The notes beneath the pieces are model-generated. The model was not told the origin of the DNA. It worked only from the letters and a program-made list of their open reading frames with translations, and did not search any database. A stretch of DNA of 63,691 nt, the filler included, from Octopus bimaculoides (Eukaryota), in the NCBI RefSeq assembly GCF_001194135.2. It is 6 parts of 6 records of this genome, joined end to end, with 100 filler letters (N's around TTAATTAATTAA, not from the genome) between each part and the next. Parts side by side here need not be neighbours in the genome. Positions count along the whole stretch, not along the records: positions 1 to 20,626 come from NC_068999.1; 5 more parts are not named here. One strand, 5' to 3'. A program made the translations under genes and the position numbers. This document shows positions 1 to 12,047 of the stretch, piece after piece. Position 1 is the first letter of the stretch. Each line of letters opens with the position of its first letter.

Positions 1-223
1 ATGATGTTCAAGATGTGCGATAAATGAACCAGCTCCCGCTAGGTGATGTGGTGGTTAGGGTAGAGCTGGGAATTGTAGAGAGTATGATGCTACCCAGTGG
101 AATAGAAACAGACATTCCACCCCGTTATCAGAATGGACAAGGGTCACTAATGCTTTTGTTGAATAACACTTGTCTCCCAATCAACCACCGAGACCAAGAA
201 ATATTCCAAACAAGATAAATACA

Positions 224-257
<34 letters not shown>

Positions 258-422
258 CGACGGGCTTCTTTCAGTTTCCATCTACCAAATTCACTCACAA
301 GGCTTTGGTTGGCCCCGAGGCTATAGTAGAAGACACTTGCTCAAGGTGCCACGCAGTAGGACTGAACCCGGAACCATGTGGTTGGTAAGCGAGCTACTTA
401 CCACACAGCCACTCCTACGCCT
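258..422 (-). mobile_element. tRNA-derived SINE, here called family A (head GGAGTGGCTGTGTGGTAAG..., tail running into (TA)n)
   Basis: Near-identical copy in opposite orientation at 35746-35914; A/B-box-like head; partial copies near 28480-28610 and 35146-35307. Confidence 0.8.
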
Positions 423-719
423 ACTTGAGTATTTTTTCTAAAAATATTACTTCAGTTAAAGGACAATTTTATTAATTTGTACTAACTTGAAGCATAAATA
501 TCTCACACTAGATTTCCAACTTATTCTTATTTTTATGCTGTTTATCTAAGGTTTAACACATTGAATATATCTGTAATTGTGATGTTTTAATTACTAAATT
601 ATTTTTCAGATCTATTCATGATTTCTCTGTGACTGATGCATGATAACTTAATTTGATATAACTCCTCTGAGACACATTTTCTTCTATCAGTGAGTTGACA
701 TATTTTGTTGTGCTTCTAG

Positions 720-869
720 GAAAAGGACAATTCCTTAGATGTTATCAAGCTCTCTGACAAAGATTTTCTACGTACACTTGAGAATGCCATAAGGTTTGGG
801 AAACCATGTCTGCTTGAAAATGTTACAACAGAACTAGATCCAGTCCTTGAACCAGTGTTATTAAAACAA
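720..869 (+). CDS. DNAH1: Dynein heavy chain exon [50 protein letters not shown] (AAA5)
   Basis: Acceptor AG 718-719, donor GTAAGT at 870; 150 nt, phase 0/0. Confidence 0.93.
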
Positions 870-3800
870 GTAAGTTTTTTCTACCATCTGTGATTAATCA
901 GTCTGAAATTCTCATTTTTGTTTTCCTTTCTCTTGCATGTTTCATTTTCCAGCCACAAATACTTGTTTTATACCAATATTATCTTATTTCACGATATGTG
1001 TTATAAAAAATGAAATACTTTTTTTTTTATTATTTCTTTAGACTTATAGGCAACAAGGTAGCCTTGTGATCAAACTTGGAGATGCTGTTGTTCCATATCA
1101 TGAAGACTTTAAATTTTATATCACAACCAAACTTCCAAACCCTCATTATACACCTGAAATTTCAACAAAAGTGACTTTAGTTAACTTTACTTTATCACCA
1201 AGGTAACTGAAATCATTTGACTATTTTAATGTTTATGCTTGCATTCATACACATCAAGTTATATGGAAAGAAACCCCAAGTTGTGACAGAGTGAATTATC
1301 ATCTTTGAATGAATATTCTCTACTATATTATGTATTGAATACTTTTTCTCTAATTTGTTTGTTTGGTTGTATATATTTTATGCAAATATATACTTTAACA
1401 GTGGCCTAGAAGATCAGTTACTTGGGACTGTTGTTGCAGAAGAACGACCAGATTTAGAAGAAGCTAAAAACCAACTAATTGTCAGTAATGCTAAAATGAA
1501 GCAAGAACTGAAAGAGATTGAAGACAAAATCTTGAACAGACTCAGTTCTTCAGAAGGAAACCCTGTCGATGATTTTGACCTTATAAGTACGTTAGAGGCA
1601 TCCAAAATCAAATCCGAGGAAATAAAGGTATTCATTTCATGATTCCATAATGTTTTAAACTCAGTTATTGTTTTATGTTTTGTAAACTAAAATTTGACAT
1701 GAAGTGTTAATATCTGTGCAAATACTGAATTGCATTTCACCTCAGTTTAAGTAAACTAATGCTCCTGTTCTTCTAATCTTTCAAAATAAGCAATATTATT
1801 ATGATTCAGAATGTTTTTCCTGTTGTAGCATGTGGAAATTAAACTTTCGAGTAGGTTGAATCCTCATAAATAAATGAAGTGTCTGTTGAAGTAGCTTTCA
1901 TTTAAATCTGGATAGAAAGTTAAATTTTATGTTCATTTTTCTCTTTTTCTGCCATTTCTTCTACCACATAGATAACATTGTCCAATTCTGATTGATTATA
2001 TCAAAATTACAACCACAATAAAGTTACTTTTGTGTACATGCCTTCATCTGTTTAAAGATAAAATGTGCTACTTTATAACAAACAATAAAACGAATAAGGA
2101 CATCTTGACTGTTTTTATCCAGAAAACAATATAGGGATTTGCCAAATTCAATGTAGTGAGTGAATACAGATGAATCTTATTCTGTGGCAGAATGTTCTAC
2201 CTCTAACTTGAAATCTTCATGAAATAAATGTTTACATAAATATTTGAAATCCATTTTACAGAGGTATATTCATACATCTGTGTTTTGTTATCTATCAGTA
2301 GTCATCTGGTTATCTTGTTTTTGGTACTGAAGGCATTTATTTCTCTTCATTTCTGTCTGAAGTCCTCATTCTCAGTGACTTCAATGCAAACAGCTTCTCC
2401 CACAGCAATATTGCTGGCATAAAGGCCAGAATCATTTACCATTTTAAATTATATGCACCAAATAGTATCTACACTTACCTCTATTTCTAACTGGCACCCT
2501 TGACTTATTTCTCTCCTTGAAACCTAGCTTTTACAAGCTATCATCTTCTCTGCACCTATTGGATCATCTGATTGAGGTTAATCAAGATAACATGTCCCAT
2601 ATCCCTCTAATTCACAGTAAAAGTCATCCCCAGAAATCTTCTGGTGCTTCAAATCAGTTAACTGATGGCAATTCCATCATCTTTATTCTACGTCCCCCAA
2701 GTAGCAAATCTGTTTTCTCCTCTCTTCATCTGAAACAGGAATGTAGGTAACCAAAGTCATTCTTTGATATTCTTCATTCAACTAAAGACCATAACTTGGC
2801 TCCTATCCTCACCCCCCAATTCTTCACTCACTCAATTCTTTACTGGTGTCTGTTGCAGTCTTTGGTCCCAGTTTCTCTCACTTTAAAAACCACAAAACTA
2901 ATGAAGTCAGTTAGAAGTGTTCACTTCCTTCATTCTCTTCACTCTTTCCTCTCCTCACTAATTACTCAGATGGCTTACATTATCTGAGGCTCTCTCGTAA
3001 CAATATTTCAGATATAACTTTACCAAAGCTGCATCTCAATGATTCTTTTAGAGAGCCATGTGCTATCTCCTTTCTCTTTTTCCTTTCTTTCTTTCTTTCT
3101 TTCTTTCTTTACTACAACAGTTTCTACTTCTTTCAACTATCCAACTGCTCACCCTCACCCTGCATGCATGCAAACCAATGTGACCTGCTCTCTATATTTT
3201 ATCTTCTAAAATCTCTTGTAACACTTCCCTCAATCATTTTCCCCTACAACCAAAGTTCTTTGGAAATCTTACTACATCTATGTTTCTTATCTTCTTCCAT
3301 CTTATGACTATCAACCTACACATGTTTGAACTGATCATCACTTGTGTTAATTTCATCCTTATATTGGATGGTCAGCAAATGATGTGATCACTACTACTAC
3401 TTCACATTTGATTAACTTGTTGAAAAAAAAAAAAAAATGAAGAAGCATTCGTACAAGAGGTCTCGTTATTAATAAACAAACAATAGTTTTAGAGTTTAAC
3501 TTTCAACTGTTATCAGCAAAACTTAGAATATCCTTTCAAGATGTCGATTTGTCTTTGATTCAGGCCAAAGTAACCATTGCTGAACAAACAGAGAAGGACA
3601 TAGATGAAACACGTAGCCAATATATACCAGTGGCTGTCAATACACGGATTATGTTTTTCTGTGTTGCTGATTTAGCAAACATTGATCCTATGTATCAGTA
3701 TTCTCTTGAATGGTTCATCAATATTTTCCTCTTTGGTATTGAACAAGCTGAAAAAGCAGGTATGTTCATTATTATCTTACCCTCCATCCTGTTCTACCTT

Positions 3801-6800
3801 TTCTTGGAATATCCATAATTTCAGTCGCAATCTTTTATACTGCTCTGACCCTACATTCCTCACCAGATTGTTTGTGAGATTGTGGTCTTCATTCCTGTCC
3901 AGGAGTGATATGTTGTGTTAGAAGAGAAAGCTGATATACATATTGGTTTGAATAACTGTTTATTTTATTTCCCACATTCTACAGATAATATACCCATGAG
4001 AGTTGAAAATATCAATAAGTATTTTACATACTCTCTCTATACCAATGTATGCCGAAGTCTTTTTGAGAAGCATAAACTTCTTTTTGCATTTCTGGTGTGT
4101 ACCAAAATTAAAATGAATGGTTCTTTGATTGATATGGTAAGTCTCTTATTAATGGCACATTACTTTTACTGCTTTTATTAAAAAGAAATGAAATATATAT
4201 TTTTAATTCTCTTTTTCTGTTTTCATTTGTAGAATGAATGGCATAATTTGCTGGCTGGTGGCACTCATAAAGAATTAGAGTTAGAAAATCCTGCTCCAGA
4301 ATGGTTGACTGAGAGGTCATGGAATGACATTCTGTGCTTAAATATTTTACCAAATTTCCAAAATATAGCTGTTGACTTTAAGAAGTATCTCGATGACTTT
4401 AAGAGGATATTCGACAGTTCTGAACCTCAGAGGTAAAGCCTGTTTTTTGAAATTTCCTTCTACAATATGCATTGTTTAGTTTCAGGACTGGGAAGGAATG
4501 AAGATAAATATATATATATATCCGGTGCATAAGATGTACCCGGTGCAAGCTATGGACACATAAGAGGTGCAGCAACATCAAAGGCAGGTTAACTAGCAAG
4601 TTAGTTTTTGTTTGTGGCAGATGTTCAGGTGCAATAAAGACTGCAAACAAACAGGAAACAACTTCTATCTCATTCCAGGGTGAAAAACTAGAGGTAGTCG
4701 ATAGCTTCCGCTATCTGGGCGACCAAGTTAGTAGTGGGGGTGGGTGCGCTGAAAGTGTAGCTGCTAGAATAAGAATAGCCTGGGCAAAGTTTAGAGAGCT
4801 CTTACCCCTGCTGGCGACAAAGGGACTCTCACTCAGAGTAAAAGGCAGACTGTATGACGCATGCGTACGAACAACCATGCTACNNNNNNNNNNNNNNNNN
4901 NNNNNNNNNNNNNNNNNNNNNNNNNNNNNNNNNNNNNNNNNNNNNNNNNNNNNNNNNNNNNNNNNNNNNNNNNNNNNNNNNNNNNNNNNNNNNNNNNNNN
5001 NNNNNNNNNNNNNNNNNNNNNNNNNNNNNNNNNNNNNNNNNNNNNNNNNNNNNNNNNNNNNNNNNNNNNNNNNNNNNNNNNNNNNNNNNNNNNNNNNNNN
5101 NNNNNNNNNNNNNNNNNNNNNNNNNNNNNNNNNNNNNNNNNNNNNNNNNNNNNNNNNNNNNNNNNNNNNNNNNNNNNNNNNNNNNNNNNNNNNNNNNNNN
5201 NNNNNNNNNNNNNNNNNNNNNNNNNNNNNNNNNNNNNNNNNNNNNNNNNNNNNNNNNNNNNNNNNNNNNNNNNNNNNNNNNNNNNNNNNNNNNNNNNNNN
5301 NNNNNNNNNNNNNNNNNNNNNNNNNNNNNNNNNNNNNNNNNNNNNNNNNNNNNNNNNNNNNNNNNNNNNNNNNNNNNNNNNNNNNNNNNNNNNNNNNNNN
5401 NNNNNNNNNNNNNNNNNNNNNNNNNNNNNNNNNNNNNNNNNNNNNNNNNNNNNNNNNNNNNNNNNNNNNNNNNNNNNNNNNNNNNNNNNNNNNNNNNNNN
5501 NNNNNNNNNNNNNNNNNNNNNNNNNNNNNNNNNNNNNNNNNNNNNNNNNNGGCACATAAAAGACACCATTTCGAGCGTGGCCGTTTTCGTGCGGGTGACA
5601 CGTAAAAGCACCCACTACACTCTCTGAGTGGTTGGCGTTAGGAAGGGCATCCAGCTGTAGAAACTCTGCCAAATCAGACTGGAGCCTGGTGTTGCCATCC
5701 GGTTTCACCAGTCCTCAGTCAAATCGTCCAACCCATGCTAGCATGGAAAGCGGACGTTAAACGATGATGATGATGATGATGATATAGAGAGAGTATGTAG
5801 TCAGGAAAGAGAAAGGAATGGTAGGTAGACAATATATAATGTGTTGACAGATGATATAGAGGTTAGGGTTATGTATATACAGTATATGATGTGTAGATAT
5901 AAATATATATGTAGATAATATGTGTAAACAGGGGACACAAAACTATATAGAGTGAACATAGAAATATATAATGTGTAGACAAAAAGCATAGAAACCTGAT
6001 CATCATTGCCACCACCCTAACCTCCAGCATCATTATTGTTTTTATTCTGCTTGTTGTCATTGTTTTCTTTTGTTGTTTAGCCTCAAGTTTGCTATGAATT
6101 AGCAAATCTGTCATCAAAGACATCTTACTCTTTCTGTTTTTTAGATAGTGTACCTCAGACTACATTATCGAATGTATCTTTCCTTTTTTTTTGTGGATAA
6201 GTTATGATTTCAGGGAAGTCTGACTGTGATTTCCAGCTGGTCAAGCATCTGCATAGCTGCTTACTTGTCGGCTCGTGCTATCACTATTCTCTTGCATTCT
6301 GTCCCACATATGGCCTATTACCAGTCAATGTACACCACTAGCCCAGAACGAATATAAGAGATGTCATAACGATATAGCAAGGATTGTCCATTGGACACTT
6401 TGCAACAAGTATGGACTTGACAGAGCAAAAAAATGGTATGAACATAAAACTCAAAGGCATCATTGAAAATTATAATGCAAAGATTCTATTGGATTTTATG
6501 ATTCAATGCAACCATGAAATAGAGAATAGGAAGCCAGACATAGTGTTGATTGAGAAAGAAAGCAAACTATACTGGATCATAGATATTGCATGCCCAGCTA
6601 ACGACAAGGCATGCGATAAGGAAGAAAGAAAAGTCGATAGATATGACAGGTTAGCTTGGGAGGTTAAGTTGTGGTTGATGAAAAAAGTGGTAGTGGTACC
6701 AATAATTGTCGGAGCCCTAGGAACAGTGAGTAAAAATCTTGAGAAGTACATGGAACAAATAGGGGCTGCAATAAGGGTAGAGCACTTTCAGAAAACAGCA

Positions 6801-9800
6801 CTGATTGGAACCACTCAAAAAATAAGGGGTGTTACCTTAGTTCACTGGTAGTGAACTGCTGGCACCAGAGTACATCTCCAGTGATAGAAGCTGTACAAAA
6901 ACAATAAGTAATAGAAAGACCATTTCACGTATTATTTAAGAGGCAGGAACTAAATACTGCCACCAGTAAATTTTGTAAATTTTGAGAGTGTTGAAATTAG
7001 TCTGGTTAAAATGTGTCCTGACTAAATATGTCGCTGTAAGTTGATGGCAAGAACTAACAGAGGTTTGTGTGTAGTTATTGTGTAATGTTGTTTATTGATT
7101 GTATAAAATACATGTTGTATGGTGATTTTCTAGAATATGTATTGTTAGTTGTGTTATGTATTTTACAGTTGGGAAATTAATAAAAAGAAAAATTATCATC
7201 TCAATAGAATATTTATTTATTTCAACTGAATTATTATAACATTTTCACATTTGTTAACTATTTTTGATATGACACAAATACCAGGATGAGAAACCTGCAG
7301 CTTTCTATGCATCTTTCTGGAAGAAGTCTGGGTTATGGTATTAAAAATATGTTTTTCTTGTAACTACATATTATTAGGTAGTATTATATAATAATCATAC
7401 TTTTGTAGTTTCATGGTTATATAATTACATATTTCATAACATTTTCTTTATTAGATTACACTTCATTTAAAATGACTTCCTATCTGCCTATTCTAACTTC
7501 TTCTGTGTAACGTATTGTGATATTTTGTATATTCAACATATTTTATGTTACTGTTTGGCCAAATGATTATGTCAGTGTGTCAATGGGTCACTGTAATATC
7601 ATGTCATTGGATCTCTGTGTCACTCATGACACCATGTTGTTGTGTCACCGTAACTTATTCAATAAACATTCTGTTGCTGTATACATTGGTCCTCTTATTG
7701 GAACTCTATCATATTCTTACCATCATGCTTAATGGTTTTCTAATAATTAATAAATATCTAGTTGTTAGGCCTGTAAAAACATACATTCCTTTTGTATTAC
7801 TACACAAGTGAAAGAAGGAAGCCTGATTGTGAAGAAGGAGACTTTTATTATCTTTCTCAATTGTGATTTTATTCTGTTGTACAGAGAAGAACTTCCAAAT
7901 GACTGGGAATCGAAACTGGATAGTTTCCAGAAGATATTGATTCTGAAATGTCTTCGCTCAGACAAAGTAACAAATGCCATGCAAGACTTTGTAGCTAACA
8001 ACCTTGGCCAAATGTTTATTGAACCTCAGGTTTGTATTTTTAGCTTCTAACCATTTTTGTTCCTATTAGTTACTTATAACTATTGGTAATAACTTCTTTT
8101 AAAGTTTTGTATTTTAAACTGTACTTGATTAGTATGCTTGACTAGTAATTGCTTTATTGTAAGTTGAAATATTATTACAAATAAAAGTTTATTTTGAATG
8201 TCGTGACATGTAAAAATCATAATTTTCATAAAATAATTTGCTCTAAAATTTGTCTTTATTAATGAATTTGTAATATATTTCAGACATCCGATTTAGGTGT
8301 GGTTTATAAGGATTCTTCTCCAACAACTCCCCTGATCTTTGTTTTGTCTCAAGGAACTGACCCAGCAGCAGATCTTTACAAATTTGCTGAAGAAATGAAA
8401 TTTTCACGAAAAATGTCAGCTATTTCGCTTGGCCAAGGCCAGGTAAAGCCGTAGCTTTTAATATATTATTTGACTGACTAGTAGTTGGTCTCACTGACCA
8501 GTGATTGATCTCACTGACCGGTAGTGATCTTATCTGACCAATGGTCAGTTTGTTTGACCTACAAATATGTGTCTCTGACTGACCAATAAATATGTGGATC
8601 TCATTGACAGTAAAAATGATTTTTACAGACTAGAGAATATATGGGTCTCACTTAACAGTAGTGAGTGTCTTAAACCAGTGAATATATGTCTGTGTGTGTG
8701 TGTGTGTGTGTGTGTGGGAGGGGGTGTGTGTATCAATGTCCAGTTGTGTGTCTGATTCAATGAATATGTGTCTGATTTAATATGTTTAGATAAGTAACAC
8801 AGTTAATGTCAAGGTCAGGTTTAGTTCCCACCAATATTTGAAATCCATGTATTTAAGTCATTAATACTTATGAGGAAACAAAAAAATTGCAAATTCTTAT
8901 TGACTGTGAAATAGAAGCATTATATCAGAATTAAAAATAAGCCCCCAATAAATATGTTCAATAGCTTTAGATATAAAACTTTGAGTATATTTTCTATTTT
9001 GAAAGGGTCCACGGGCTGAAGCCATGATGCGTGCTGCTCAAGAAAGGGGCAAATGGGTTTTCTTTCAAAACTGCCATTTGGCTCCCAGTTGGATGCCATC
9101 ACTTGAAAGATTGATAGAACTTATCGAACCTGACAAGGTATATTCAATTTTTGGTAAACATTGCTTGAAAATACAGGTGTTGCTTTAAGAAATGGAATGC
9201 CAGACCAACTGATATTAAATATATTTTCCTTAACTTAGAGTAACTCTAGATGAAAATCTTTGTTTTTACATTTCCATCATTGTCTTTTGCCTTCAATACC
9301 CTTTAAAATTTTCCAGCCATCAACAGCAATTTCATATCTGTTAACCTGTAATGATACCATCTTGCAATCTACCCTCCCTTATCAGTGTTCTCAATGGCTT
9401 CCAAAATTTCAACATTTACTTTACTGGTTGTTTTTTTATTTTTTTTTTTACTTTCTCATACTTAACATTGCTGGATTAATTCAAAATAGGTTACACAAAT
9501 AGGTAATCACCTGTACAACCTGAATTTACCTCATTGCTCACTTTTCTATTTTAAACTGTTATTTTTTCTGCATAAATGATTTTTTAATTCATTTTGCTTT
9601 TACCTTTAAATACATTTTTCTAATAGATGCCAACATTCTATATTCTTCAGTCACCTTTCTCCTCACCAATTCTGCACTGCTGAGCTTTCACTTCTGTTCC
9701 AAGTTCTAAGACTTAAACAGTGTCATCTGCATTGAAAAACGATATCTAACTTAATGTTAATATATTTAATAGAGAGAAATCTGTCTTAGACTCTGACAAA

Positions 9801-11958
9801 TTTCCCATTTTGCCCTGTCTTCTAAATCCACCCTTTTCCACAAACCTCTTTACTCTAATTTCCTTCTTTCACCGTTTTTCTCTGCTTCCTTCCACATTTA
9901 TCTCCATTACTTCTTCTTTCATATAATCATTTTCATTCTTCCTCAGTCACATGCTCCAATAATACCATTTCTGTTTGCAAAATTCCTTCCCGCCTTTCTC
10001 TCCTTTATCCTCAACAATTCCTTGTTTTCTTTTCTATTACATTGATTAATCCATTCTCATTTCCATTTTTCTCTTTTCTCTTATTTTTTTCGTTGCTTCA
10101 TGTTACAACTCACGTCTCACAGAAATCATAGCACTTCCAACACGTGACATGTTTTTTTTTTTTGTTTTTTAATTTCCCGTGACACTCGCCTCCTCGTAGG
10201 CATGTCGCTCAGTTTCGGGAAATACATTTCTCACTCTTGACATCGTTTACTAATATTGTAATGGTTTCATCAAGTATGGGAGATAACTCCAGATATGGCG
10301 TTTGCATATGTTTCAGTGTTGAATAAGACTGACACGTGTCCAGAGTTGTCTCCCATACGTCTTAAAATAATGCATCTTTTATCACGACTTAATCTTTGTT
10401 TTAATTAATGTTCCCTACATGTCTCCATTTATACTAACTTATAACTTATAAATGCCTACATTTATACTAACTCAGGTATATTTGATGCTTTTTTTTTGGC
10501 AACTAACACATAGCTAAAGCTCTATCCATCTATTAAATTCAAATTACGACAAACGTAAATAAACAAACGAAGTTTTCTTTTAGAAGAGTTGAGATGTCTT
10601 TTAGAAAGTTAAAGAAGTGAATTTAAATTCTCAATCGCAGAATAATGCTAATAATATAGCCTGAACAGGATAAACTACCCCTATTTGCAGAGAAAAGTGT
10701 AGGTGGCTAGCAGCTAGCCACCTACACTTTTCTCTGCAAATAGGGGTAGTTTATCCTGTTCGGGCTATATTATTAGCATTATTCTATCCATCTAAATACA
10801 GTTTTTGCATCTTCTATCAAATCACTTAATCATCATCATCATATAATGTCTGTTGTCCATGTTTTCCTCGGTCTACCTCTGCCACAGAAGTGAATCTTGA
10901 AGTATTAAACTTATCTTTATTTATTTACATTTTTCTTTAAGAATGATGCCAATTAAAGTTGTTTGCTATATGTATTGTTGGAAAATAGTTGATTATAGTC
11001 ACCGAGCAGTGAGTGGTTAGTTTCTCTCTTGAAGACCAGTAAGGGATAACATGTTAGCACAAGTTTAAAATCATTTTCTATTTTCAGGTACATCGTGATT
11101 TCCGGCTTTGGCTAACCAGCATGCCAAGCACCAGTTTTCCTGTGTTTATCCTTCAAAACAGTTCCAAAATGACAGTGGAACCACCAAAAGGCATTAAAGC
11201 AAATCTATTAAAATCCTATATGTCAATTAATGATGATTATTTGAATTCATTGGCAGAAAAGGTATCTGTACTTGATAAATTTTCTCTTATGAATTGGTTC
11301 TTCTCGATATATCCAACTGACTAAATACTTAAATCTTGCTATATTATTATTCTCAGTAGCAAAAAAAAAAACAAAAAAAAAAACAGTAGAGCACATTCAA
11401 AAAGGTTGGACAATTATTGCTTTGATGATGGCTATTGAACCAGAGCCAGTATCTCATTTCCAGACAATAAACCTGTCCTTTTCTTTAATGGCGTCTCATC
11501 TTTGGAGAAATTTGTGATTCTTCAGATTATCCCTCCCCTTCCCAAGTGAATCTGGTCTTAATTGCTATTTGGTAATTAGGAGACATACTTTAGAGGCAGA
11601 GGGGATAAGTTTCATAAATCAAGAACATATGTTATATAGTATTTGATACACCTGTATTTGTTTCTCTCTCTCTCTCTCTCTCTTTGTAGGGATAAGCAAG
11701 TTGGACAGATCAATATATAAAGTGTATTAAATACATGAAATAATAAAAATGTAAATATATTTACATACAAAAAGGTCCAACTTACACAGAATACAAAGGA
11801 TATGGAGAATTAAAGGTGTTGAAGTATTACAAATCCAGCAGCTGTTTCTGAGGGTTTGGGGGTTCAAATAATATCCCTATGTTTACTTCTATACTCACTC
11901 AAGTTTAAATCTCTTGAGCATCAATAAGTCTATTCTATATGGAGAATACCTGATTATC

Positions 11959-12015
<57 letters not shown>

Positions 12016-12016
12016 C

Positions 12017-12047
<31 letters not shown>

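Noticed and set aside
24-218. 64-aa ORF at the window start as a possible dynein exon
   Set aside because: No dynein motif and no phase-compatible splice sites; may be a decayed TE but could not be assigned.
4711-5708. Long ORFs (230-356 aa) in the ORF track here and at 14920, 22614, 37707, 55071 and 57004
   Set aside because: They are almost entirely X residues from N gaps; not genes.
4433-8450. Two dynein introns both begin GTAAAGCC
   Set aside because: Only an 8-mer that includes the donor consensus; no further similarity; probably coincidence.
9605-9655. Minus-strand CTGAAGA...GAAA with a 5-bp hairpin between
   Set aside because: The stem is out of register with the core and there is no stem III; likely chance in AT-rich DNA.
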